A DNA stretch of 32,000 nucleotides from Ktedonobacterales bacterium (GTDB lineage: Bacteria > Chloroflexota > Ktedonobacteria > Ktedonobacterales > JADMIN01), in NCBI GenBank assembly GCA_030167145.1, contig CP126532.1:2490001-2522000 (forward strand), written 5' to 3'. The translations under genes were made by a program, and so were the position numbers. Numbering within the stretch: position 1 is the stretch's first letter; every line of letters begins with the position of its first letter. Below are positions 14,586-22,397 of the stretch, piece by piece. The notes under the pieces were generated by a model, which was not told the origin of the DNA, did no database searches, and was given only the letters and a program-made list of their open reading frames with translations.

Positions 14586-15503
14586 TCATGCTTCGGAGAG
14601 GAGCCAGTTGCCAATGCGCGCGAGGAGGGCATCTTTCTGGGCTTTGGAGAGACCGATAAGCGCGTGGTCGCCATTGTAACTGACGTAGAGCGCCGAGACA
14701 CCCGCCCGGCGCAGTGCCGCCGCCAGCGCCAGCGATTGCTGTGGCGGCACGGTGCCGTCGCGCGTGCCCTGGATGATGAGCATCGGCGCGGTGTGGGCTG
14801 AGATGTCGAAGAGCGGCGAGGCGTCGCGATAGACGGCGGGGTCGCTGGCGAGGGTTGCGCCGCCGAAGAGCGTGGTGAAGGTGTTCAGGTGGGTTAGCAT
14901 GGGCATCGGCGCGGTGAGGTCCACTGGCCCGAACTCATCGGCCACGCACGAGACCTGGGGCGATTGGTTGGCGTAGAGCGTGGCTTCGTCGCCGGGGTGG
15001 GTGGTGGCGAGCGCGCCAAGGAAGACGGCCAGATGTCCGCCAGCGGATTCACCGAAGGCGCAGAGGTGGGCGGGGGCGAGATCGAGCGCGGGGGCATGGG
15101 CGCGCAGGTAGCGCACGGCAAGCTGGGCGTCCACCAGTTGCGCGGGCCAGAGCGCGGCGGGGGCGAGCCGGTAGTTGACGGTGGCGGCGACGAGGCCGCG
15201 CGAGGCGAGGTAGAGGCAATAGCTGTCGAAGGTGGCTTTGTCGCCGAATTGCCACGCGCCGCCGTGGAAGAACACCACGCCGGGGAGCGGTCCCCGCGCA
15301 TGCTGGGGCGTGCAGAGGTCGAGGTTTTCTTTCGGCAGCGGGCCATAGGCGATGTTGTGGCGGATGGTGACGGTGTACGGCGGGGTGGCGGGCGTGCTAG
15401 CGGGCGCGGGACGTGCCAGCATGCTGCTGGAGATGCTGACGAGGAACACGATCAGCGCCACCAACGCAAACACCGCCGCCAGTCGCACACGCTTCCGCGC
15501 CAT
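14586..15503 (-). CDS. Alpha/beta hydrolase (esterase/lipase type), membrane-anchored or secreted
   Basis: Oxyanion-hole motif VVFFHGGAWQFGD and nucleophile elbow GESAGGHLA. The N-terminal hydrophobic anchor is MARKRVRLAAVFALVALIVFLV. The ATG at 15503 is preceded by GGGAGGCGGAG. The longer ORF reaching 15542 is possible. Confidence 0.8.
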   Translation of the reverse strand: MARKRVRLAAVFALVALIVFLVSISSSMLARPAPASTPATPPYTVTIRHNIAYGPLPKENLDLCTPQHARGPLPGVVFFHGGAWQFGDKATFDSYCLYLASRGLVAATVNYRLAPAALWPAQLVDAQLAVRYLRAHAPALDLAPAHLCAFGESAGGHLAVFLGALATTHPGDEATLYANQSPQVSCVADEFGPVDLTAPMPMLTHLNTFTTLFGGATLASDPAVYRDASPLFDISAHTAPMLIIQGTRDGTVPPQQSLALAAALRRAGVSALYVSYNGDHALIGLSKAQKDALLARIGNWLLSEA

Positions 15504-15698
15504 CGCTCCGCCTCCCGCCAGGATGCTTCCACTATCTAGCAACCACTATACTGCGAATGGCCGGGGTTGGGAAGGAGCAAAGCTCGGCCATCACTGGCCG
15601 GCGCACGGCGAGTCATCCAAAGGCACGGCACTATCCTTGCGAGTCCACTCTGACGTAGCAGGTATTCCAGATGAGAGCGAAGAGGAGCAAAGAGTAGG

Positions 15699-15944
15699 AT
15701 GAACCCGAACAACATGGACCCACAGGTGCAGCGCGACCTGAACCCCAATCCCAACAACCTCGACCCGAACGATCCCTATGTGGCGCGCGACCCCGTCTGC
15801 GGGACGTTGGTGGATACGCGGACGGCGACGAATACGCTGCCTGCGCCGGTGAATATGAAGGCGATGGGCACGATCTACTTCGATTCGCCGGAGTGCAAGG
15901 CGCTGTTCGAGGAGAATCCGGAGAAGTACGGCTCGAACTTCTAA
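15699..15944 (+). CDS. YHS-domain (TRASH-like metal-binding) small protein
   Basis: ..ARDPVCGTLVDTRTATNTLPAPVNMKAMGTIYFDSPECKALFEENPEKY matches the YHS pattern (DPVCGM..........YFCS..C...F..NP..Y). GAGGAG lies upstream of the ATG. Confidence 0.75.
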   Translation: MNPNNMDPQVQRDLNPNPNNLDPNDPYVARDPVCGTLVDTRTATNTLPAPVNMKAMGTIYFDSPECKALFEENPEKYGSNF

Positions 15945-16008
15945 CGGTGGGATGTACACGACGTTACATGACGTCCCCTCTCTTTGCGCGACGTGCTGGG
16001 AGGGGGTG

Positions 16009-16995
16009 TTAAGCCGTGCCGAGGCCAACGGCGGCGAGTAGGCCGCGCAGTGCGGCGTGATAGTCGCGCGTGGCGTCGTAGCGATTCAGCGCGTCAATCA
16101 TCGGCGAGATTGTGAGCGGGGCACAGGGCGCGGCCAGGATGGGGATGACGCTTCGCATGCGCTTTTGCTTGACCATATTCAATGCGGTATAGGTTTCTTC
16201 CATTGCGTACTCAGAAGTAAGTGCGTCGGGCGTGAGCACCAGCACGAACCAGTCGCTGGCAGCTAATCCCTGGTCAATGCGCTTCATGAAGTTATCGAGG
16301 GTGACGTTGTTCAGGTCTACCCAGACATCCGCGCCCGCCGCGCGCAGATCAGCGACGAGCCGCGTGGTGAAGGTGTCGTCGCGATGGCTGTGGCTGACAA
16401 AGATGTGCGGTCGCTGAGCAGGGTGAAGGCTGCTGGCGTCTTTGATGGCATTCAATTGAGTGGTAAAGAACTGAAACACGTTATCGTCCACAGCATACTC
16501 TACCGTATTGGCGATCTGATCTAGTATAGAGAAATTAACTTCATTGCCAATTGCCAGAGCAACGACGTTGATGTTCTTTGTACGTGATCGCAAACGCAGC
16601 GCCTCGGCCATCCACGAATCTGTTGGTGATCCATCGGTAAGCAGCAAGACGAGCGGGTTGTTGTCTTCATTCGCCACGAGATCATGGTCAAGCGATTCAT
16701 TGAGCAGGTGCAGTGCGGCGCCCAATGACGTCATTCCTCCAGCAGTGAGTTGCGGTGGAATAAAGTCCCGGATGGACATCAACTTCGTTTGAGAGGCTGT
16801 GCTGGAAAACGTGATGACGCTGATCCATATTGTGTCGGCGCTCCCGGAATCCGCTAAGAGTTCCTGTTGGACTAGCTGCATGCCCTGGTTGACCTGCATG
16901 ATTTTCGGTCCGTGCATTGAACCAGAGCAATCAATGAGCAGATAGACGGACAGGCGTCGCCAAAATTGCTGCTGCGCTTCCCGGTCAATCGCCAT
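16009..16995 (-). CDS. TerY-like von Willebrand A (vWA) domain fused to a C-terminal TIR domain
   Basis: vWA domain: RRLSVYLLIDCSGSMHGPKIMQVNQGMQLVQQELLAD...ISVITFSSTA...GGMTSLGAALHLL...PLVLLLTDGSPTDSW. The MIDAS D-x-S-x-S lies at the complement of 16918-16932.

TIR domain: HIFVSHSHRDDTFTTRLVADLRAAGADVWVD...WFVLVLTPDALTSEYAMEE. The candidate catalytic Glu is near the complement of 16198-16200.

The start is taken at ATG 16995. The ORF extends to 17055. The gene is visibly AT-richer than its surroundings. Confidence 0.8.
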   Translation of the reverse strand: MAIDREAQQQFWRRLSVYLLIDCSGSMHGPKIMQVNQGMQLVQQELLADSGSADTIWISVITFSSTASQTKLMSIRDFIPPQLTAGGMTSLGAALHLLNESLDHDLVANEDNNPLVLLLTDGSPTDSWMAEALRLRSRTKNINVVALAIGNEVNFSILDQIANTVEYAVDDNVFQFFTTQLNAIKDASSLHPAQRPHIFVSHSHRDDTFTTRLVADLRAAGADVWVDLNNVTLDNFMKRIDQGLAASDWFVLVLTPDALTSEYAMEETYTALNMVKQKRMRSVIPILAAPCAPLTISPMIDALNRYDATRDYHAALRGLLAAVGLGTA

Positions 16996-17133
16996 GGCAG
17001 GGCACCTTTCCGCACGAGACATCACTACGGTAGGTTTGTGGAATGCAGTGTACATCTTGCGTGAAGTGGATTCAAGAGAGACGGTTCCGTTTCATTCGCG
17101 ATGTGCGAGAATGAGGAGAGTAAGGCAGGAGCG

Positions 17134-18216
17134 ATGGATAGGAGTGGAGGGGCAGGAACGACCATGGTGAGAGACCTCGTGCCAGAAGGGTATGATGCGT
17201 TGCTGGGCGAATTGAAAGTGCGGATCGCCGAGGCGCGGCTGCGCGCGACGCTTGTGGTGAATCGCGAGCTGGTGCTGCTCTACTGGCAGATTGGGCGGGA
17301 TATTCTTGCTCGCCAGCGAGAACAGGGCTGGGGCGCGAAGGTGATAGACCGGCTGGCGGCGGATCTGCGACATGAGTTTCCCGAAATGAAGGGATTTTCA
17401 CCACGCAATCTGAAGTATATGCGCGCGTTAGCCGAGGCATATCCAGATGAGCTAATTGTGCAGCAAGTTGCTGCACAATTACCCTGGTTCCACACTTGCA
17501 CCTTGCTAGATAAGGTTAAGAATCTGGGCGAGCGAGAGTGGTATGCCGAGCAGGCAACTGAGCACGGCTGGAGCCGGAATGTGCTGGTGCATCAGATCGA
17601 GTCGGGGCTGTATCAGCGCCAGGGGCAGGCGGTGACGAACTTCGCGCGCACACTGCCGCCAGCGCAATCCGATCTTGCTCAGCATATGCTCAAAGATCCG
17701 TATGTCTTCGACTTCCTCAGCCTCGGCCCCGCAGCCCAGGAACGCGACTTGGAGAGGGCGCTGCTGGCGCACCTGCGCGATTTCCTGCTGGAGTTGGGGG
17801 TCGGCTTCGCCTTCGTCGGCAGCCAGTATCATCTCGAAGTTGGTGATCAGGACTTCTACCTCGATCTGCTGTTCTACCATCTCCGGCTGCGCTGCTATGT
17901 CGTCATAGATCTGAAGATCGGTGATTTTCAGCCTGAATACGCTGGCAAAATGAACTTCTATCTCTCAGCGGTCAACGATCTGCTGCGTCATCCACAGGAT
18001 CAGCCGGGCATCGGCATCATCCTTTGCAAGACGCGCAACCGTCTCATCGCGGAGTACGCGCTGCGGGATATGCAAGCGCCGATGGGTGTAGCGACATATC
18101 GCCTGACCGAAGCCCTACCCGAAGCGTTGCGCGGCAGCCTGCCGAATATCGCGGAACTCGAAGCAACGCTGGCCGAGGCTGACGCAGACCTTGGCGAGCA
18201 GCACACGGGCGAATGA
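17134..18216 (+). CDS. YhcG / DUF1016 family PD-(D/E)xK nuclease-domain protein
   Basis: The N-terminal block is characteristic: ..YDALLGELKVRIAEARLRATLVVNRELVLLYWQIGRDILARQREQGWGAKVIDRLAADLRHEFPEMKGFSPRNLKYMRALAEAYP. The C-terminal nuclease core is ..FYLDLLFYHLRLRCYVVIDLKIGDF.. (D..(D/E)-x-K). The start is ambiguous (17101, 17134 or 17164). Confidence 0.85.
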   Translation: MDRSGGAGTTMVRDLVPEGYDALLGELKVRIAEARLRATLVVNRELVLLYWQIGRDILARQREQGWGAKVIDRLAADLRHEFPEMKGFSPRNLKYMRALAEAYPDELIVQQVAAQLPWFHTCTLLDKVKNLGEREWYAEQATEHGWSRNVLVHQIESGLYQRQGQAVTNFARTLPPAQSDLAQHMLKDPYVFDFLSLGPAAQERDLERALLAHLRDFLLELGVGFAFVGSQYHLEVGDQDFYLDLLFYHLRLRCYVVIDLKIGDFQPEYAGKMNFYLSAVNDLLRHPQDQPGIGIILCKTRNRLIAEYALRDMQAPMGVATYRLTEALPEALRGSLPNIAELEATLAEADADLGEQHTGE

Positions 18217-18227
18217 AGCGCCGCCCG

Positions 18228-18743
18228 CTACCCTTGTGTGCCGATGAAGTCGCTGGCGCGGGAGAGCTTCCAGTCGCCATTCTCCTGGCGGACAAAGATC
18301 ATGACGCAGGTGTAGTGATGCCCCTGATCTTTGGCGCGGGTCATCAGGAAGGCGTACTGCATGTTCTTGGCGTTGGCGGAGGTGTTGCTCGCACTGAGTT
18401 TCGTGGGCTTGCAGGCGGTGACTTTGCCTGCGGTCGTATCCAGGCCCTGCAGGTTGGTGGTGAGCGCGGCCTGCGAGGCGGCGTCGAACTTGGTGGGCAC
18501 ATTCGGCGGCACGGGGGCGGGGTCAATCAGGGTGATCAGCTCTTTATAGTTCTGCGTTTGGTACGCCTGGCAAACGGGGTGCGCGAGAGGATCGGGGGCC
18601 GACGTGCTGGTGGAAGGCTTGGTGATCTGAAAGAGCACCCAGAGCGAGCCAGCCCCGGCTATGCCGACCAGCATCAACAGCACCATCAGCGTGATCGTGA
18701 GTCGAAACGCGCCGCCCGACCGCGACCCACCCGCGTTGCCCAT
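18228..18743 (-). CDS. Membrane-anchored hypothetical protein (single N-terminal TM, small exported domain)
   Basis: The 171-aa ORF has the TM helix FRLTITLMVLLMLVGIAGAGSLWVLF followed by a non-repetitive domain ending ..HHYTCVMIFVRQENGDWKLSRASDFIGTQG. It ends 12 nt after the convergent YhcG gene. Confidence 0.6.
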   Translation of the reverse strand: MGNAGGSRSGGAFRLTITLMVLLMLVGIAGAGSLWVLFQITKPSTSTSAPDPLAHPVCQAYQTQNYKELITLIDPAPVPPNVPTKFDAASQAALTTNLQGLDTTAGKVTACKPTKLSASNTSANAKNMQYAFLMTRAKDQGHHYTCVMIFVRQENGDWKLSRASDFIGTQG

Positions 18744-19073
18744 CTCGCATCCTCTCTCGCATCCTCCACTGGCGCGCGTTGCCGTCTGGCGGCAGTGCTC
18801 GTTGGCAGTCTAGCAGGCGCGGGCCATTCCGTCAACAGTCTCGCCTATAGCAAGCGAGAATCGGGCCAATCTGCGAATGTCATCCGGGCGCGCAAACTCT
18901 TCTGCCATCCATTCGGGCTATTTTGCGCTGCACAGGACGATGGAGGGGGTAGCCATGTGGCTTGGCGACGCGCTCTTGCGTCTGAATACCTGAAGCTGTA
19001 TCTCTTTGACTCCCCTCCCGCGCGTGCTTGTTTACGCGGTTCATGACGACCGCCAGCCGAACCGAACAAGCGG

Positions 19074-19103
19074 TTGACAAGAACAGTCGTTCTAGATTAC
19101 ACT
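19074..19103 (+). promoter_or_regulatory. Candidate promoter (perfect -35 TTGACA)
   Basis: TTGACA (19074-79), an 18-nt spacer, then TACACT (19098-19103). It lies upstream of the + ORF starting at 19276. This is a motif match only. Confidence 0.35.
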
Positions 19104-19129
19104 ACAAAGGCGCCACGTTGTACAGTCAG

Positions 19130-19153
19130 GTCCGCCCATTTGCGGACATTTTT
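19130..19153 (+). terminator. Short hairpin + T-tract just downstream of the candidate promoter (attenuator or small-RNA end?)
   Basis: GTCCGC (19130-35), the loop CCATTT, GCGGAC (19142-47), then ATTTTT (19148-53). Confidence 0.3.
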
Positions 19154-19275
19154 CCGACTTTGTGGCGCACGATAGGGAATGGATGATGGGGAACGGAGAT
19201 AGTGAGCGGCGGTAGGTCATCGGCAGTGCGAACGTCCAGCAACGCCTAGCAGCGGCGGGCGGGGGGATAGGCATC

Positions 19276-20403
19276 ATGAGCGGGGCAACTCTCGACACAC
19301 ACACACCGGCGGCACGGCGCATCGCTAATCGCGCGCCGGCCACGTATAGACCAGAGCGCTCGCGCGGGGCGAGCCGGCTCTCCGCGCCACCGACCACGTT
19401 TGTGACGCCGGGGACGCGGGCAGAGCCGCGCCGCGAGCCAGGAACGCCGGGGCTGGGAGCGGCCACCGCGCGGCCAGAACGCGCGATCTCACCGTATGCG
19501 GCGGCGCGCACGGCCACAACTCCCGACCCGGATGTGTGGCTGATCGCGCTGCCCACTTCGGCTAGCGCGTCCCGCTCGCTGGAAGGCGCGGGGCGTGCGG
19601 GTGCGATTCGCGTGAGCCGCCCGTATGGGCATCTGCGCTCGGTACGCCCTGTTACGCTGGACCCCTACTTCGCTGGTGAGCCGCCCACCACGACCGCGAC
19701 CCCCCGCACCCGCCGCGCTCGCACAACCACTGGATCACTCGGCTCCGCCACCGCGCACGCCGCGACGACGCTGCCCGCGCCCCGCCCCACGCCACAGGTC
19801 GTCTCCGCTGTGGAGGTGGAGACCGACGCCGGTATCTTCCGGGTGGAACGAGCAGATTCGGTGCTTTCGCATGCGGATATGGCATGGGCGCTGGCGCACC
19901 TGGAAAGCGGTGAGCCGGATAGCGTGGTGGCAATGCCCCGCCGCCAACTGGCCCTGCTGCTGACGCTGCTGCCGACACCGGAAGATCCGAATCAGCCAGA
20001 ACTGGACCCAAATTGGGGCTGGGCGCACCGCCTACGCGGGCCGTGGGAGCGCGGACCGCTGCATATGCGCGGGCGGCTGGGCCGCCTGATCGCCTTCGAT
20101 CCCGATGCGTCGAGCCGGGGCATGCACCGCGCCTGCTTCGAGCTGCTCGGCTCGGAGGAGGTGGTGTGGGCGGTGGGTGTGCCGTGCTTCCACTCTGGCA
20201 GCGTGTATGAGTTGACACCGCTGGGCAAGGGGCTGCACCCCAGCCGCTGGCTGACGTGGCCGCTGGCCAAGGGCCGCAAGCGCACAGGCGACCCAGACCG
20301 CCCGCAGTGGGAGATCGCGCGGGTGGTGTTCCGGGTGGGCGCGCCGCGCTGGCCGCTGGCGGGCGTAGTGGAGCCGGTGGGGCCGATGGGCGTCGCGGGG
20401 TAG
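19276..20403 (+). CDS. Hypothetical protein (disordered Pro/Ala/Arg/Thr-rich N-terminal half, globular C-terminal half)
   Basis: The C-terminal about 200 aa look like real protein: ..VEVETDAGIFRVERADSVLSHADMAWALAHLESGEPDSVVAMPRRQLALLLTLLP...VVWAVGVPCFHSGSVYELTPLGKGLHPSRWLTWPLAKG.. The N-terminal extent and start are uncertain. No family recognised. Confidence 0.45.
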   Translation: MSGATLDTHTPAARRIANRAPATYRPERSRGASRLSAPPTTFVTPGTRAEPRREPGTPGLGAATARPERAISPYAAARTATTPDPDVWLIALPTSASASRSLEGAGRAGAIRVSRPYGHLRSVRPVTLDPYFAGEPPTTTATPRTRRARTTTGSLGSATAHAATTLPAPRPTPQVVSAVEVETDAGIFRVERADSVLSHADMAWALAHLESGEPDSVVAMPRRQLALLLTLLPTPEDPNQPELDPNWGWAHRLRGPWERGPLHMRGRLGRLIAFDPDASSRGMHRACFELLGSEEVVWAVGVPCFHSGSVYELTPLGKGLHPSRWLTWPLAKGRKRTGDPDRPQWEIARVVFRVGAPRWPLAGVVEPVGPMGVAG

Positions 20404-20468
20404 AGCGCCACGCGGCAACATGGCATCAATTCTTTTCGGGCGTCCGATGGGCGTCCGATTTCTGTGCG

Positions 20469-21449
20469 CTAGAGCCAGCCGCGGCGCTTGAAGTACCAGA
20501 TCTGCATCGCGGAGATCAGTGCCATCGCGAGAAGTACCAGCCAGAAGGCGTAGCCGGGGTCGTGCTCCACCTGGGGCGAGTGGGCGAAGTTCATGCCAAA
20601 GATGCCGGTGATGAAGGTGATCGGCATGAAGATGGTGGCGATGATGGTCAGTTGCTTCATCACCGAGTTCAGGCGGTTCGAGACAGTGGTGAGGTAGACA
20701 TCGAGCAGTCCGCTCATCAGGTCGCGGTAGGAGTCCAGCACTTCGAAGACGCGGACCAGGTGATCGTGAATCTCGGTGAAATAGGGTTCCACCTCGCGGG
20801 GGATGAGTTCGCCGGTGCGGGTGATGAGGGCGTTGGCGACCTCTACCTGCGGGCTGATGGTGCGCCGCATGTGCGCGAGGGAGCGCTTCAGCCGGAAGAT
20901 GCGCGCCTGGACCTCGTTCGAGGTGTCTACCAGCGTCTGGTTTTCCAGATCGTCAACGATGTCGTCCAGTTGATCGAGCACGGGGAAGTAACTATCCACC
21001 AGCGTATCGAGAACGGCGTAGAGCAGGTGCGCGACGCCGCGCCCGAGGATATTTTCGTCATCGTGGCCATGGGTGGTGGCGTCGCGCAGGGTATTGAGCC
21101 AGGGCAGCGAGGCGCGGTGCGAGGTAATCAGGAAGTTGACGCCGAAGACGATGTCGAGCTTGGGTGTCTCGGCTTCGTCGGTGTGGGGGTCGAAGTCCAG
21201 GCCATGTGTCACCAGATAGAAGTAGCCCGGCCCCTCGGCCAGCTTCGCGCGCTCGGCGTCTTCGCCGATGGTGCTGATGGTGAGCGACGAGAGGCCAAAG
21301 GTGTCGGCGAGCAGCGCGCGATACTTGCCTGGCTCACCTTCGATGTCGAGCCAGATGACGGCGTGTTGGTCCTTGCGGATGGCGGGTAGCTCTTCTGAAG
21401 GAATGTCTGCGCGTACCACGTTGTTCTGACAGACCAGGATATGCCGCAC
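20469..21449 (-). CDS. corA: Magnesium/cobalt transporter CorA
   Basis: It has two C-terminal TM helices with the signature ..MPITFITGIFGMNFAH.. (GMN motif). The N-terminal cytoplasmic domain is typical. The start codon is GTG (complement of 21447-21449). Confidence 0.9.
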   Translation of the reverse strand: MRHILVCQNNVVRADIPSEELPAIRKDQHAVIWLDIEGEPGKYRALLADTFGLSSLTISTIGEDAERAKLAEGPGYFYLVTHGLDFDPHTDEAETPKLDIVFGVNFLITSHRASLPWLNTLRDATTHGHDDENILGRGVAHLLYAVLDTLVDSYFPVLDQLDDIVDDLENQTLVDTSNEVQARIFRLKRSLAHMRRTISPQVEVANALITRTGELIPREVEPYFTEIHDHLVRVFEVLDSYRDLMSGLLDVYLTTVSNRLNSVMKQLTIIATIFMPITFITGIFGMNFAHSPQVEHDPGYAFWLVLLAMALISAMQIWYFKRRGWL

Positions 21450-21796
21450 GATTTCTGGCCTCGCTCTCTATTGGGTTGGGTTGGCGGATGTGGAGCAGGA
21501 TGAGGTTGACCGCAGGGCGGTGTCAACACGCATAGTGCTATAGCCTATAACGTTGGGGGCGCACATATCAGCACATGCGTGGCATGGAATCGCAGGCAAC
21601 GTCTGCCGCAATCTCGCTGGCATAGTGTTTGCCATAGTAGTTAATGGAACAAACTAGGCAGGATGCACACTACCCCGGAGCGGCAGGATTCCCTCCCTGG
21701 GGCATAACGGAATGAGACCTCGTTGGTTTCGCCGAGAAAGCGGCATGGCGCGGTATGAGAGCAGCATCTCGTATAAACGGACCTGGTGAGTGGATT

Positions 21797-22318
21797 ATGT
21801 TCGGCGCGGCGCGTGCGGACGATAAGCGACCGCGCCACCATGCTATGCCACCGGCTGAAACACAGCATCACCCCATCGCTGAGGAGGACGCGCTCTGCCA
21901 GCAGCAAGGAGCGACGGTGTTGGTTGTGGATGATGATGTGAGCATTGTTGAAATGATCGGCTCGGTGCTGGAACACGCGGGCTATCGTGTGCTGACGGCG
22001 CGCAACGGACGAACCGCGCTGGCTATCGCGCGGCGCGAGCGCCCGACGGTGGTGCTGACCGACCGCAATATGCCTGAAATGGATGGCATCGAGTTCGCGC
22101 GGCGGCTGCGGGCCAGCCCTGTTACGAACAATATTCCGGTGGTGCTGATGAGCAGTCTCGCGCCGACACTGGATAGCACGGATAGCGCCGCGCGCATGCC
22201 GTTCCTGGCGAAGCCGTTCGATCTCGAAGAGATGCTGGCCGCCATCGCCATCTACGCGGGGCAGCCTGACCTAACCCCCGGCCCCTTCCCTCGTAGGGAA
22301 GGGGAGGAGAAGACCTAA
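21797..22318 (+). CDS. Stand-alone response regulator receiver (CheY-like) protein
   Basis: VLVVDDDVSIVEMIGSVLEHAGYRVLTARNGRTALAIARRERPTVVLTDRNMPEMDGIEFARRLR...PVVLMSS...FLAKPFDLEEML shows the DD..D..K receiver residues. The start is ambiguous (21755, 21797 or 21845). The last about 16 codons (DLTPGPFPRREGEEKT) and the stop come from a dispersed repeat copy. Confidence 0.75.
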   Translation: MFGAARADDKRPRHHAMPPAETQHHPIAEEDALCQQQGATVLVVDDDVSIVEMIGSVLEHAGYRVLTARNGRTALAIARRERPTVVLTDRNMPEMDGIEFARRLRASPVTNNIPVVLMSSLAPTLDSTDSAARMPFLAKPFDLEEMLAAIAIYAGQPDLTPGPFPRREGEEKT

Positions 22319-22397
22319 TACCCCGGACCGAGCGGGCGCCCACCGGACGCGCCTACGCGGGTAGGGCACATAGGGGTGTTTGCCCCACTCTGATTCG

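Noticed and set aside
14964-15539. ORF 14964..15539 (+, 191 aa) opposite the hydrolase
   Set aside because: It is a Gly/Glu/Arg-rich antisense shadow. The minus frame has the HGG and GESAGG esterase motifs.
16009-16995. Thoeris ThsB
   Set aside because: There is no ThsA (SIR2/SLOG or Macro) gene nearby. The TIR domain is fused to a vWA domain, unlike stand-alone ThsB.
18213-19046. ORF 18213..19046 (+, 277 aa)
   Set aside because: It overlaps the minus-strand membrane-protein gene in antisense and continues through a non-coding-looking region. Its composition is Gly/Arg/His-rich.
20256-21389. ORF 20256..21389 (+, 377 aa) opposite corA
   Set aside because: It is an antisense shadow of corA, which has the diagnostic GMN motif.
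21450-21796. Mg2+ (M-box) riboswitch in the corA leader
   Set aside because: Reading the minus strand, I could not find the conserved M-box blocks (for example GTTAGGTGAGGC or AAGCC.GGAGA). Only generic hairpins are present.
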